In this document: positions 10,709 to 23,935 of the stretch, one piece after another
Position numbering within the stretch: position 1 is the first letter of the stretch
Layout: every line of letters begins with the position of its first letter
Assembly (NCBI RefSeq): GCF_006345805.1
Contig: NW_021832526.1
Coordinates: 1 to 30,951, forward strand
Direction of reading: 5' to 3'
From: Octopus sinensis
Lineage: Eukaryota
Length of the DNA: 30,951 nt
Made by a program: the position numbers and the translations under genes
The notes under the pieces: generated by a model
The model's database searches: none
What the model was told of the DNA's origin: nothing
What the model saw: only the letters and a program-made list of their open reading frames with translations

Positions 10709-11127
10709 AGGGTGGCGAACTGGCAGAATCGTTAGCACGCCGGGCGAAATGTGTGGCCGTATTCCCTCTGCCGTTGCGTTCTGAGTTCAAATTTCGCCGA
10801 GGTCGACTTTGCCTTTCATCCTTCGGGGTCGATAAATTAAGTATCAGTTACGCACTGGGGTCGATGTAATCGACTTAATCCGTTTGTCTGTGCTTGTTTG
10901 TCCCCTCTGTGCTTAGCCCCTTGTGGGTAGTAAAGAAATAGGTATTTTGTTTAGCATTACGTTGTGAGTTCAAATTCCGCCGAGGCCGACTTAGCCTTAC
11001 ATCCTGTCAGGGTCGATTAAATAAGTACCAGTTACGTACTGGAGTCGATGTAATCGACTTAATCCATTTATCAGTCCTTGTTTGTCCCCCACCCCCACTA
11101 TATTTAGCCCCCTGTAGGCAATGAATA
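10709..11127 (+). mobile_element. SINE family M with two tandem ~183-bp units
   Basis: GAGGT/CCGAC marker at 10799 and 10982. Confidence 0.85.
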
Positions 11128-11853
11128 TATAAATTAGATGCTTCATGTCTTTCAATATAAGACACTCATACTCAGGGGACCCAATCAATGTTGACCAACT
11201 CTAAGATTGTGTCCAGTTAACAGTACATTTCAGAGCACTGCTCTTTTCAGGTCTCGAAACTTCTGATCCACAGTAACCTAGAGAAAAAAATCCACTGCCT
11301 CCACAGCTAAACTGAACGCTTTTATAAACACTGCCCCATGTGATTTCCAGTTTCTTGTAGACATCCCCTATACATCCTCTATACCACATCTACATAGGAA
11401 TCCATTTTGCTTTCCATCCATCGATTACTGTTACCAGCTTAGTATATTTCTTTCTCTTACGCTTATTTCCCAAACAATTTCCGTGTAGCAAGTTTCATTC
11501 TTAATATAATAATTCATGCATTCGGTTGACAGTAAAAGACCACGTTGACGAAATGCAATGAGATCCAAACTGGAACTATGTATTTACTAAGTGATCTTCT
11601 TAACCACTCTGCCATGTTTGGTATAAAAACCATACTTTGTGTATATTTATATGTACATATGTGTTTGTTACTCTTTGTTATATTGTTTCACGTACTACCT
11701 ATTTCTCATACGTTTATTGACACTCACCAAACATTGCGTGTAGACAAATTTAAAGTGGAAAATAAAGAAGGAAAATGAAAATTTTAAAACGCCATAATTT
11801 TAAAACTTTAATTATTATTGAAAATTGTTTTACGTGAGCGTTGACATGTAGGG

Positions 11854-11854
<1 letters not shown>

Positions 11855-11893
<39 letters not shown>

Positions 11894-12065
11894 CATATAT
11901 ATATATATATACATACATATATATATGTATCCCTGCATATGTGTGCGTGTGTGTGTATGTGCGTGTGTGTGTGTGTGTTTGTGTGAGTGGTTGTGCGTGT
12001 GTCTTTACGTTAGTTGGTTGACTTTATCGAAATGAAAATTGCGTGGATGGATGGATGGATGGATG
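11855..12065. repeat. (TA)n, (GT)n and (GGAT)n microsatellites
   Basis: Direct reading. Confidence 0.9.
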
Positions 12066-12624
12066 GGGGAGGGAAATGGTTCAATAAAATTAAATTATAT
12101 ACATTTTTATTATACACATTTAATTATACGTAGTTTGATTTTATTATTTTTTAAATGTATTTAACACTCCATCATCCTTTCCTCACCTCTCGCCATTTCC
12201 TCAATTTCTCTTTCACTACAAACACACAAACACACATGCATACACACACATGTACACACACACTCATACACGCACACACACATACGAACACACTCATTCT
12301 CTATTCCTAGAAGAGGCACTTTAAACTTCAGCACTTCTGTTGTCTGACTTCTTTGGTCTGTTTCTTTCCTTTTTTGAAACAACCTCGCTGATATTTCGTT
12401 CCTGACATGCTATGACGGTCATTATATTTTGACACATGTTCATTAAGTTCTTTTTAAAATTTCACGTTAGAAACGAAACGAACTGATAGCACCAATTTAC
12501 ATTTAACGTCCAGTGAATATTTTCTTTTCCTCATTATTTTTCGCCTTTTTTGTTGACTATGAGCGGATTTTTTTTTGGCCTGTGGGTGATTCTAGCGCAT
12601 CATATGTACGTGCATATGACTACA

Positions 12625-12731
12625 GGAATATGTATATACATATAGCTATATAGTTATATGTATGTATATACCTAAATATGTATGCGTATTTATGTATATA
12701 TAAATATATATGTATATATATATATATATGC

Positions 12732-12782
<51 letters not shown>

Positions 12783-13230
12783 ACAAAGAGAGGGGAGGAT
12801 AGCTATCTATATGTTTGTGCGTATGTGTATGCATATATATATATAAATACATATATATATATATATATATACTTATCTATTTATCTATCTAGCTATATCT
12901 ATCCATTTATCTATCTATCTATTTATCTCTCTGTCTGTCTTTCTGTCTGTCTGTATGTATGTATAGAGACACACACATATGCATATATGTATATATGTAT
13001 GTATCAATATGTATATTTATATATATATTCATATATACATATGTGTGTGTATGTATCTACGTACGTACGTATGTATATGTATGTATGTATATATATATGT
13101 ATGTATGTAGGTAGGTAGGTAGGTAGTTATATAGGTATGTATGTATGTATGTATGCATGTATGCATGTATGTCGGTAGGTAGGTAGGTAGGTAGGTAGGT
13201 AGGTGGGTAGGTAGGTAGGTAGGTATATAC
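12625..13230. repeat. Compound (TA)n/(CTAT)n/(GTAT)n/(GTAG)n microsatellite
   Basis: Direct reading. Confidence 0.95.
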
Positions 13231-13974
13231 ACTTGATTAAATAACTGTAATAATATTTAGTACTATTATCGGAGCATGGATTTGCTTGAGTAGTGTTCGT
13301 TTTGGACCTTGGGATTGTCTTTAAGTATTGCACAGACGCTATTTAATCCTGTTTAGCTTATAAGTATTCACTTGTTTTCATTTTGAACAGCAATGTTTTT
13401 ACTTTACTTTAATGTAATTACATTCGATTCACTGCATTCTGTTTACAACATTGATGTAACCGGATACATTTGAGCTAATCTCCAAAAGGAGCACCTTACA
13501 ATCTCTAAGTAACTATTAGAAAGGAACAGACTATGCCTTAAGCACATTGAGTACGTTATGACTCAACGTTGCCTAATTATAACGGGAAGTACGAGAACCT
13601 CTTATGTCGCTAAGAATGTGCAAGCAACCATTGTATTTAACGGTCCAAGACTAACAACCAAATTTCTTATACTCCATGTAGTCGAAGTCCCCATTACAAC
13701 CGGTTATCCCAAATCGGTGCCGTTTACTTTCTACGCATTCTTCTCATCCCAACTAACTCAAACGTCATGATATTTCAGAGACGCTCCCCACCCAGGCCTC
13801 TGAAATTTGAACTAAAATACTTTTCCCATTTAAGGTCAGATACATATTCATGCTTTAAGCAAATGAGTAATTTTTTTTTTTTTTTTATCAGAATACCAAA
13901 CCGCAGAATCATGAGTCTTTGCTTATTAAAACACATTCCTGTTCATACCAACTGAAAACGATAGGAAAATATAT

Positions 13975-14382
13975 AGGGGTGGCTGTGTGGTAAGTAGCCT
14001 GCTTACCAACCACATGGTTCTTGGTTCAGTCCAACTGCGTGGCACCTTGGGCAAGTGTCTTCTACTATAGCCTCGGACCGACCAAAGCCTTGTAAGTGGA
14101 TTTGTTAGACGGAAACTGAAAGAAGCCCGCCGTATATATGTATAAGTATATATATGTGTGCATGTGTTTGTGTGTCTGTGTCCCCCCCCCCTAACATCGC
14201 TTGACAACTGATGCTGGTGTGTTTACGTCCCCGTATCTTAGCGGTTCGCCAAAATAGACCAATAGAATTAGTACTAGGCTTACAAAGAATAAGTCCTGAG
14301 GTCGATTTTCTCGACTAAACGCCGTGCTCCACCATAGCCGCAGCCAAATGACTGAAACAAGTAAAAGAGAGGGTAAAAGAAT
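13975..14382 (+). mobile_element. tRNA-headed SINE family K with CORE-like segment
   Basis: Head GGTGGCTGTGTGGTAAG...GGTTCAGTCC. The segment GGCACCTTGGGCAAGTGTCTT resembles the CORE-SINE motif. Tail GACTGAAACAAGTAAAAGA. Homologous to 24705-25105. Confidence 0.85.
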
Positions 14383-14851
14383 AACATAAATCATATAGGT
14401 AGTATTATCTTAAGTTATCAAATAAATAATATCAAAGATGGCAATTTCAAAAGTTTCTAGAAACCTAGAAAAGTTCTACTTCATTCCCTATATGCATTAC
14501 AAGAGAAATATATGCAAATAAAATAATATTCAAGAAGCACTTCATAAAATATTTCTATAAGTTATTTACTCTTCGTTAAAACTCCGACTACCTCATCCAG
14601 AATATCAAAATCATTTATATTTGTCTATATGTCTTGAAAAAAACGATGGAATTTTTCGAAAATTTTTGTCAAATTTAGGCTCGTAAAATAGAATAATAAT
14701 AATAATAAACATTGTGTACAGTTCTCAGGTGCACTACAAGTATTCCTGAATAAAATATCTTCCCTACCTGGTAACTTTAGCCAAAAGAGGGTGGCGAGTA
14801 AAAAAAAACACATTTAGAGACTACAAGTTTTAATGGAGTATGAGTAGAGGA

Positions 14852-15148
14852 GTGGAGGCGCAATGGTCCAGTGGTTAGGGCAGCAGACTGGCGGTCGGAG
14901 GATCGCGGTTTCGATTCCCAGATCGGGCGTTGGGTGTGTTTATTGAGCGAAAACACCTGAAGCTGTACGAGGCTCCGGCAGACGGTGGTGGTGACTCCTG
15001 TTGTACTCTTTCGCCCAACTTTCTCCCTCAATCTTTCTTCCTGTTTCTTGAGTAATGCTGCGATGGAGGGAATCCATACGCCACAGAAACCGGGAAACCG
15101 GGCCCATGAGCCTGGCTAGACTTCAAAAAGGCGCATAAATAAATAAAA
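14852..15148 (+). mobile_element. tRNA-headed SINE with the same head as 217-601 but a different tail
   Basis: Head GTGGAGGCGCAATGGTCCAGTGGTTAGGG. TSD ATGAGTAGAGGA (14840-14851) / ATGAATAGAGGA (15149-15160). Confidence 0.85.
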
Positions 15149-16064
15149 ATGAATAGAGGAAATGGTGCGAAAAAAAAAAATATTTTCAAAATATCATTAC
15201 AAACTGCATATGCTGAATAAATTGTGTCCAAAATAGAGACTGAGTTAGTAGGATGCGGGAAAACATACATACATGCTCATATTATGTACATAGGTGTACG
15301 TATGTAAGTATACACAGAAGTATATTTTAAGTGTGTGTATGTATGATGTGTAAGAAAGCATACATGTACTTCTCGATGCAGATCTAAGACTCGAATTTAC
15401 AAATTCTAATATTCCATGTCCTTAATAGATTTTCAGTGCTTTTTTGTATCATTCTAGCATTTTGGTCTATATCCTACCTTCTCTATGTATATCCCTATGC
15501 ATCTCTCCCAAAATGTCTGTGTAAGAAGGAGAGAGAGTGAAAGAGAGAGAGAGAGAGATTGAGCATTAATGTATATGTGTGCATATTTGTGTTTTTCATA
15601 TTGATTCCTTAACTTCCAAACTTTGAGCTCGGTAAGTATAAAACCATAATGAAATAATAAGCATTCGTCTCGAACGAATAGATATTCCTCCTTCATGATG
15701 GAAGAAAATAACGGCTAAAGAACCCGGATCAAAACCAACAAATTAATATATGCGTACGTGTATTATGTTCATGTTTTTGTTAAAGCTGCTGTCTGTGTAC
15801 AATTTAACCGTAATTTTTACAGAAAACATTTTCATATAAACACGAAATCGATAAAAATTTCCAACCAAATAAACTGATTACAGTCGAACTACTTATCTGT
15901 TTTTCACAGTGGAAAATATTTTGTGTTGTTATTGATGGTCAAATGTTTTCTGATGCTTTAAACACGGTGAATTTCCATTTCTGATGGTGACTGTACTCAC
16001 TTGTTTTGTTTTAGAAAATGGCTGCTAGTAAAGCAATTCTGCATGCAGACACACATATGCATGG

Positions 16065-16278
<214 letters not shown>

Positions 16279-16712
16279 CTACAGCTATTATTATAGTATA
16301 AACTTTTCCCAATGTATAGTCAATTTCTTAGACAACTGGTGCGCATGTATAAGTATATATATATATACACATAGATATATACATGCATTAATATATATTG
16401 CATATTTTGAAGTACACAGAGGAACACACGCGCACGCCAACACACACACAAACGCACACATACACACACGCATATATATATATGTATGTATGGTATCTGC
16501 GTAATAGCTACTGACACAGCCCTCAGCTGTCGTTGAACGGAATGAGAGATGAACTAAATGACCTTTGCTCTGCGGTTCGCTGTTCTCTACCGACGTGACC
16601 ACCTGCTACTCTTAAAATGCGCTCTGTGAAAATATCCATAACCAAATAATATATCAACGTCCGTGTAATATTTCCTCTATAAACCTTTTATTTCATTCGT
16701 CAAACGATATAG

Positions 16713-16808
16713 GCAAAAGACAACATTAACGAACAGACGACCGAAAACGATGATGGTGGATTAGCGGACGTGAAAGTAAAGATCAAACATGATGACATTC
16801 CCCATTAG
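16713..16808 (+). CDS. Weak candidate terminal exon
   Basis: AG|GCA...TAG, reading AKDNINEQTTENDDGGLADVKVKIKHDDIPH*. Non-repetitive and protein-like composition, but weak acceptor and no homology recognised. Confidence 0.15.
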   Translation, partial: AKDNINEQTTENDDGGLADVKVKIKHDDIPH

Positions 16809-17204
16809 GGAAATATGCAATTGTTCTTAGATGTGACAGATTTCGTCAGCTTTCTTAATGATTCTTGTTAAATATAGTAAATCAACCAAGACGCGTTTTT
16901 GTTAAGGAATTATATCACAGCGACAGGTAGGAAAATGATATTATGTTCAGCTAGCTTGCTTAGATTAGTTTTAGCTGAGTTAGTATTAGCACAATAGACA
17001 GTAATTCTTAACTTTAATCAATGGAGATTATAGTTGTATAGAGCAGACGTAAATATGATTGTACAATGATTATATTAATGAACCCAAACCAAAGATAACT
17101 CATAGTAAACTATAGGACATTCCTTGTTCTTAATTTCATTTTCTTTTTTCGTACTGTTTTGAAATGGATTAATATACGAGATCTTCTTTTGCTTCAAATT
17201 TTGG

Positions 17205-17600
17205 CACAAAGCCAGCAATTTAAGGTGAAGGGCAAGTCCATTACCTCAGTGCCTGACTGGTATTTTATCGAACCCCAGAGGTTGAACGGCTAGGTTGACC
17301 TCAGAAAGTAAAGGGCCCAAAGAAAGACTGTTAATCACTATTTTCCTTTCTGTAAGCAAATCTACAAACTAACCACCATAATGGCTCCAAATTTAGTCAC
17401 AGAACCAGGAAATTTAGCCAGAAGGAGTTAGTCGATTAACTTCATTCCAGTACTTAACTAGAACTTCATCTTACAATATGACCATGAAAGGATGAAAAGC
17501 AATGTTAACGTTGGTGATACTTGAACTCAAAGCGTAAAGAGCCGGGAGAAATGCCACAAAGCAGGTTGTTTAACACGCTAACGATTCTTCCCGCGCACCT
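17205..17600 (-). mobile_element. Two degenerate SINE family M copies
   Basis: Diverged ACTGGTA/TCGA/GAACTCA and CTAACGATTCT motifs at about 17205-17310 and 17385-17600. Confidence 0.6.
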
Positions 17601-17964
17601 CCTTAGAGTTTCTACTAATTGACATAACAAGTAAGCCATACAGCAGAGGGAAGGGTTGTCTAATCGTTAATGGACACGGTGCCAAGTCGGTTTCGTTCAG
17701 TTTTACCTGGCTTGAAGGCATAACTTCTACCGTTAACACAGACAGCTCCTGAGCATAACTTTGTTAAAAGTTTAATTCGGGTGTTGCAACAAATGAACTT
17801 TCACTTAGTGAGATGTCAGCAAACATACATGTTGCTATATCATCCGGTCTCTTGTAATGAATGATCAATTTTCCTTTCAACATAATAGAAGTTCCGAAAA
17901 TATTTTTCTACTTCTGATTTCTTATTTCTGCCTTGCATGTCCGTTTGTACACTGCCGCATGCAC

Positions 17965-19042
17965 AAAACACACACACACGCACACACACTCTCTCTCTCA
18001 CTCTCTCTCTCTCTCTCACTCTCTCTCTCTCTCTCTCTCCCTCTTTCTCTTTCTCTCTCTCTCTCTTTCCTATATATGTTAGTGTATATGTGTGCAACAC
18101 ATGTGCATTTGTATAAGTAAAAGGTAGATAGATAGATAGATAGATAGATACATACATACATACATACATGCATACATACATACATGCATACATATATACA
18201 TACATACATACATACATGCATACATACATGCATGCATCCATACATACGTACATACATACGTACGTACATACATGCATGTATGCATACATACATACATACA
18301 TACATACATACATTCATACATATATACACATACATACATACTTACATACATACATACATACGTACATGCATACATACATACATACATACATACATACATA
18401 CATACATACTTACATACATACATATATACTTACATACATACATACATACATACTTACATACATACATACATACATACATGCATACATGCATACATACATA
18501 CGTACGTACATACATACTTACATATATACATACATGTATACATACATACATACATACATACATACATACGTACACACATGCATGCATACATACATGCATA
18601 CATACATATATACATACATACATACGTACATACATATATACATATATACATACATACATACATTCATACATACATACATACATACATACATACATACATA
18701 CTTACATACATACATACATTCATACATACGTACATACATACATACATACATACATATATACATACATACATACATACATACATACATACATACATACGTA
18801 CATACATACATACGTACATACATACATACGTACATACATACATACATACATTCATACATACGTACATACATATATACATATATATATACATACATACATT
18901 CATACATACATACATACATACATACATACGTACATACATACATACGTACATACATACATACATACATACATACATACATACATACGTACATACGTACATA
19001 CATACATACATACATACATACATACATACATACATACATACA

Positions 19043-19075
<33 letters not shown>
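17965..19075. repeat. (CA)n, (CT)n, (GATA)n and a ~930-bp (TACA)n array with variant units
   Basis: Direct reading; source of all YIHT/MYVC ORFs. Confidence 0.97.
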
Positions 19076-19594
19076 CTTCTTACGACCATTCATCCAACCA
19101 TCTTCACTTACCTCAACTTCCTGATTTTCTTATTTTTCACTCTTCGTTGTTCTTTAAGATTTTGTCGTTGCTCTTCGTGTTGCTCTCGTTGTTATTGCTG
19201 TCGCAGATGTTCGTAAGTTGGCTTGTTTATTTTTAAATAAAGTCAACCATCTCTCTCTATCTCTGGCTCACTTTCTCTCTCTCTCTCTATCGCTCTCTCT
19301 TTCTCTCTCTACCTATACATCTATCTATCTCTGTCTCTATCCTTCTCTCCATCGCTCTCTATGTGTGCGTCTGTGAACATGCGTATGTATGCATAAATAC
19401 AAATATGTAAGCATTCATATATATATATAGATATATGAGTATGCATGTCGCTGATGTATATATATCACCAAGAATATACCAAAGCATACTTACATCGAAG
19501 TGTGTGTGTATATGTGCATATCTGTGTGTGGTGGACGCATGTGTATGTGGGCGTGTACGAGCGTATGAATGTGTAAGTGTGAGTGTGTAACCAA

Positions 19595-19865
19595 CTGCCA
19601 CCACCACACCACCACCAACACACCATCACCAACACCACCACCACCACCACCACTACTACCGCCACCACCACCAACACACCACCACCACCACCACCACTAC
19701 TACCACCACCACCACTACCACCACCACCACACCACCGCCACCACCACTACTACCGCCACCACCACTACCACCACCACCACACCACCACTACATCGCCACC
19801 GCCACTACTACTACCTCCACCACTATCACCACCATCACCATTACCGCCACCACCACGAAAGCAAC
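19595..19865. repeat. (CAC)n/(CTA)n microsatellite
   Basis: Direct reading. Confidence 0.95.
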
Positions 19866-20385
19866 AACAGAAGTAGCGGGACGATGTATACGTACAGCGT
19901 AGATTAAGATGCTATGTAGTAACTAGTTTTAGATTTACCGAGATGTGATGCCAACCAATAATTGGTTGTGGCACTCATTCTACCTGTATTCACTCTTATC
20001 GTCCATGGAACCTTCAAATGATATTTGATTTACGAAAGCAGGATATATCTGTTATAGGTGGTTGATGGTAGTGATAATGATGTTGGTGTTGCTGGTCACT
20101 GTTGTGATGACGCTCGTCGCCATAGCGATGGCTTGGTTGGTGACCATGGTGATATTGGGCGTGGTGCTGTTGGTCGTGATGCTGACAATGGCCTTGGTCA
20201 TTTTTATGATGTTCCTGGTGACGTTGTTGTTCAAAATGACCGTAGTTGTTGTTGACCATTGAGATGATTTGGGAAGCTGTGTTGGTCGTGGAGATAGTGG
20301 TGTTTGTTATAGTGATGGCACTGATGATATTGTGGGCCATTGTAATAGAATTAGTGGAAGTATTAGCTGTACTATTAGTAGTTTT

Positions 20386-20690
20386 GGTATCTGTGGTGTT
20401 ATCAGTGGCAGGGCTTTGTTGTTTAGGAGTATTCGGCTCGTGAGTTCGATTCTGATGCGGAGCGTTGTCTCATTGAGTAAAACACGTTATTTCACATCGC
20501 TCCAATCATCTCAGGTAGCAAAAACAAATGATTCTTATATTTCAAAGGACCAGCATTGTAATATTCTGTTTGAACGTCGGAGCTGTGATGACAATCATTA
20601 AGATATTAAAAACAAACACACTTGCTTCTGAACCAAATGTTCCTGGGTTTAATCCCACGGCGTGGCACCTTGAGAACTACAACGTTAGGG
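20386..20690 (+). mobile_element. Old tRNA-headed SINE, left part; interrupted by later insertions
   Basis: A-box-like TGGTGTTATCAGTGG, B-box GAGTTCGATTC. TATTTCAAAGGACCAGC and GAGAACTAC..CGTTAGGGTA match the tail of the 217-601 SINE, which resumes at about 21120-21240. Confidence 0.55.
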
Positions 20691-20867
20691 TATATATATG
20701 TAAAATTTAAATAATTTACATTTGACGGATATTTGTGCTCATCTTGTTTGTTGTTAACACAACTTTTCGGCTGATATACCTTCAAGCGTTCATCAGGTGT
20801 CTTGGGGAAATTTCGAACCTGGGTTCTCATTCCTAAGGTATTTTTCGATGTTATTATTATAATTATA

Positions 20868-20906
<39 letters not shown>

Positions 20907-20934
20907 GTTGTTGTTGTTGTTGTTGTTGTTGCTG

Positions 20935-21024
<90 letters not shown>

Positions 21025-21082
21025 TCGCTACCTGGAATCGAACTCGGAATACTGGGGTTAGTAGCCCGGGCTTTTAACCACT
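20691..21082 (-). mobile_element. tRNA-headed SINE-like element with internal (AAT)n and a Penelope-type hammerhead tail
   Basis: Minus strand: AGTGGTTAA (A-box remnant), GAGTTCGATTCC (B-box, 21045-21034), (AAT)n, then a tail containing GACAC-CTGATGA...CAGCC-GAAA-A-GTT-GTGTT. Confidence 0.7.
20756..20801 (-). ncRNA. Minimal (Penelope-type) hammerhead-like motif, probably degenerate
   Basis: GACAC CUGAUGA A CGCUUGAAGGUAUAUCAGCC GAAA A GUU GUGUU. Helix I is GACAC/GUGUU. Helix II is imperfect, and GAAAAGUU replaces the expected GAAACGUH. Confidence 0.55.
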
Positions 21083-21119
21083 GTATGACAGGAAAAAATC
21101 AACCAAACGATACAACATT

Positions 21120-21240
21120 ATGTGTTCGCGTGTTTGTTATGTGGTCAGTTACTTATACGTTAATTTCACGATCAGGATGTTCAGTTGATCGGATCAACTG
21201 AAGCCCCCATCGTCGTAATCGACGGCGTGTCATAACAACA
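21120..21240 (+). mobile_element. 3' tail fragment of the 217-601-type SINE
   Basis: CGTTAATTTCACGATCAGG...GTTGATCGGATCAACTG...CATCGTCGTAATCGACGG matches the reverse complement of about 225-310. Confidence 0.75.
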
Positions 21241-21254
21241 AAATGGTACTGCGA

Positions 21255-21487
21255 GATACCTATTTCTTTACTATCTACAAGGGGCTAAACAGAGAGAGGA
21301 CAAACAAAGATAGACAAAGGGATTAAGTCGATTATATCGGCCCCAGTGCGTAACTGGTACTTATTTAATCGACCCCGAAAGGATGAAAGTCGACCTCGGC
21401 GGAATTTGAACTCAGAACGTAGCGGCAGACGAAATACCGCTAAACATTTCGCCCAGCGTGCTAACGATTCTGCCAGCTCGCCGCCTT
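21255..21487 (-). mobile_element. SINE family M
   Basis: Clear reverse-complement head and core, ending GCCAGCTCGCCGCCTT. Confidence 0.88.
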
Positions 21488-21924
21488 ATATACTGCGAGA
21501 TACCATAGTGTCACAAGCGGTGGTGTGGGTCACTGTGGTATTATCAGTGGTAGGGCTTTGTTATTTAGGAGTATCCGGGTGGTGAATTCGATCCTGGGCG
21601 GCGCGTTGTCTCGTTGGGGATACTGGTAATGCCGGAACAGACGTCAAAGTGCAGTAGGTCAAGAGGTAAGTGTCGTAGTGCTTGTTTTGACGATGAAATG
21701 ACTTCGCCCGCTGCAGTGCTAGCGGCGGATTTTATTAAATTGGTTTTGGTACTGAGGAAGTTAGTGATGGGGACACACACGTCTAAAGAATATATGTTAA
21801 TAATATTGACTCCTTTCAGTGTGTGAAGTTCATATCTCCGTTAACCATACTGGAGATGATATTGGCGGTGGGGGAGTGTTATTATTAAACATAAAGATGG
21901 GACACACGTACCGTATAAATAAAT

Positions 21925-21951
21925 TTATCATCGTCGTCATCATCATCGTCG

Positions 21952-22005
<54 letters not shown>

Positions 22006-22142
22006 CATCATCATCATCATCATCAACATCATTACTAACCATACCGCAGCCATCATCACCACAATCATCGCCCATTACCACAGCTATTATCTCCATTATT
22101 ATCATTTGCATCACCATCACCATCAACGTCGACATCGTAGTT

Positions 22143-22173
<31 letters not shown>

Positions 22174-22337
22174 CCATCATCATCATATTCATCTACATCA
22201 TCATCATCATCACTTTCGTAATTAAAATGAGAATCATAAAAATTATATGACTCTATACAGCATATACGTTATGTCTCGCTGGATTTCATATGAAGACATG
22301 GTATTACATACCATCACAATCATCATCGTCGTCGTCG

Positions 22338-22377
<40 letters not shown>

Positions 22378-22650
22378 TATCACAATCGTCCTCGTCGTTG
22401 TTGCCATCATCGTCGTTAACATTATCAGTTTCACAGTCATTATCATTACCACCATTAGCATCGACATGATCATCACACCAACTAACACGGGCCCCCGCCC
22501 CCGCAACCATCGATCCGACCAGCCCCAGCAACAACAACGCCACCATCATCACCACTGACATTATTATTATCACCACTGTTATCATAATTATTATTCTAGT
22601 TGTTGTTGTTGCCGTTACTGTTGTTGTTGTTGTTGATGGTGATGATGATG

Positions 22651-22705
<55 letters not shown>

Positions 22706-22731
22706 CGACGATGATGATAATGATGATGATG

Positions 22732-22762
<31 letters not shown>

Positions 22763-22776
22763 CGACGATGATGATA

Positions 22777-22816
<40 letters not shown>

Positions 22817-22831
22817 GGGTGGTGGTGGTGA

Positions 22832-22926
<95 letters not shown>

Positions 22927-23001
22927 ATGTTGATGATGATGATGATGATGATGATGGTGGTGGTGATGTGATGATGATGATGATGATGATGATGGTGGTG
23001 G

Positions 23002-23035
<34 letters not shown>

Positions 23036-23130
23036 AATGGTGGTGGTGATGTTGATGATGATGGTGGTGGTGATGATGATGATGATGATGATGGTGGTGA
23101 TGATGAGGATGATGATGATGATGGTGGTGG

Positions 23131-23168
<38 letters not shown>

Positions 23169-23517
23169 GTGGTGATGATGATGATGATGGTGGTGATGAT
23201 GGTGGTGATGATGGTGGTGATGAAGATGATGATGCTACTGCTGCTGCTATTGCCTTTTACATCAGCATCATCATCATCATCGTCGTCATGAGGGTAATAT
23301 TCAAGATGATGAAAATCATAGATGACACCTAACAACGAAGAATATAGCTTCGTCGGATTTGGTATTGATTACGTACAAGGTAAATGTCACCACCACAACC
23401 ATAAGACGTTCATACCGATGGGTACGGAAATGATGCTGAAGAGGAGGAGGGTGATCGTGATAATGTTGTTGTTGTTGTTGTTGTAGTTGTAGTTATTGAT
23501 GTTGTTGTTGTTGGCGG

Positions 23518-23548
<31 letters not shown>

Positions 23549-23598
23549 ACTGGTGCTGGTGCTGGTGCTGGTGGTCATGGTGGTGATGATGATGCTGT

Positions 23599-23633
<35 letters not shown>

Positions 23634-23664
23634 GTGGTGGTGATGGTGATTGTGCTGATGATGC

Positions 23665-23696
<32 letters not shown>

Positions 23697-23700
23697 CTCT
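21925..23700. repeat. Large field of (CAT)n/(GAT)n/(GGT)n/(GTT)n trinucleotide repeats
   Basis: Direct reading; alternating CAT and GAT blocks separated by short unique spacers. Confidence 0.95.
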
Positions 23701-23734
23701 TTAATTTTGGCATAAAACCAACAATTTTGAAGGG

Positions 23735-23935
23735 AGGAGTCGAGTCGTTTACATCGATCCCAGAGTCTGACTGGTACATATTTTACCGACCCCTATAATA
23801 TTATCATGGGAGAATGCAAGAATTATCGAAATAGTGATTTCAAAATTTGGCACAAGGCCAGCAATTCTCGGGAAGGGGATAAGTTGATTACATCAACCCC
23901 AGTGCTCTGCTGGTATTTATCCTATCGACTCCCCA
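23735..23935 (-). mobile_element. Two SINE family M fragments
   Basis: TACATCGATCCCAGAGTCTGACTGGTAC...CGACCCC and CAAAATTTGGCACAAGGCCAGCAATT...ATCGACTCCCC. Confidence 0.65.

Noticed and set aside
18079-19236. Long ORFs of 300-350 aa (YIHT/MYVC repeats)
   Set aside because: Translations of the (TACA)n array, which has no stops in several frames.
20014-20443. His/Gln-rich and hydrophobic 'membrane-like' ORFs
   Set aside because: Best explained as decayed GAT/GGT/GTT microsatellite; all frames give low-complexity peptides.
22304-23798. Poly-Ser/Ile/Met/Asp ORFs
   Set aside because: Trinucleotide repeat field with no non-repetitive coding context.
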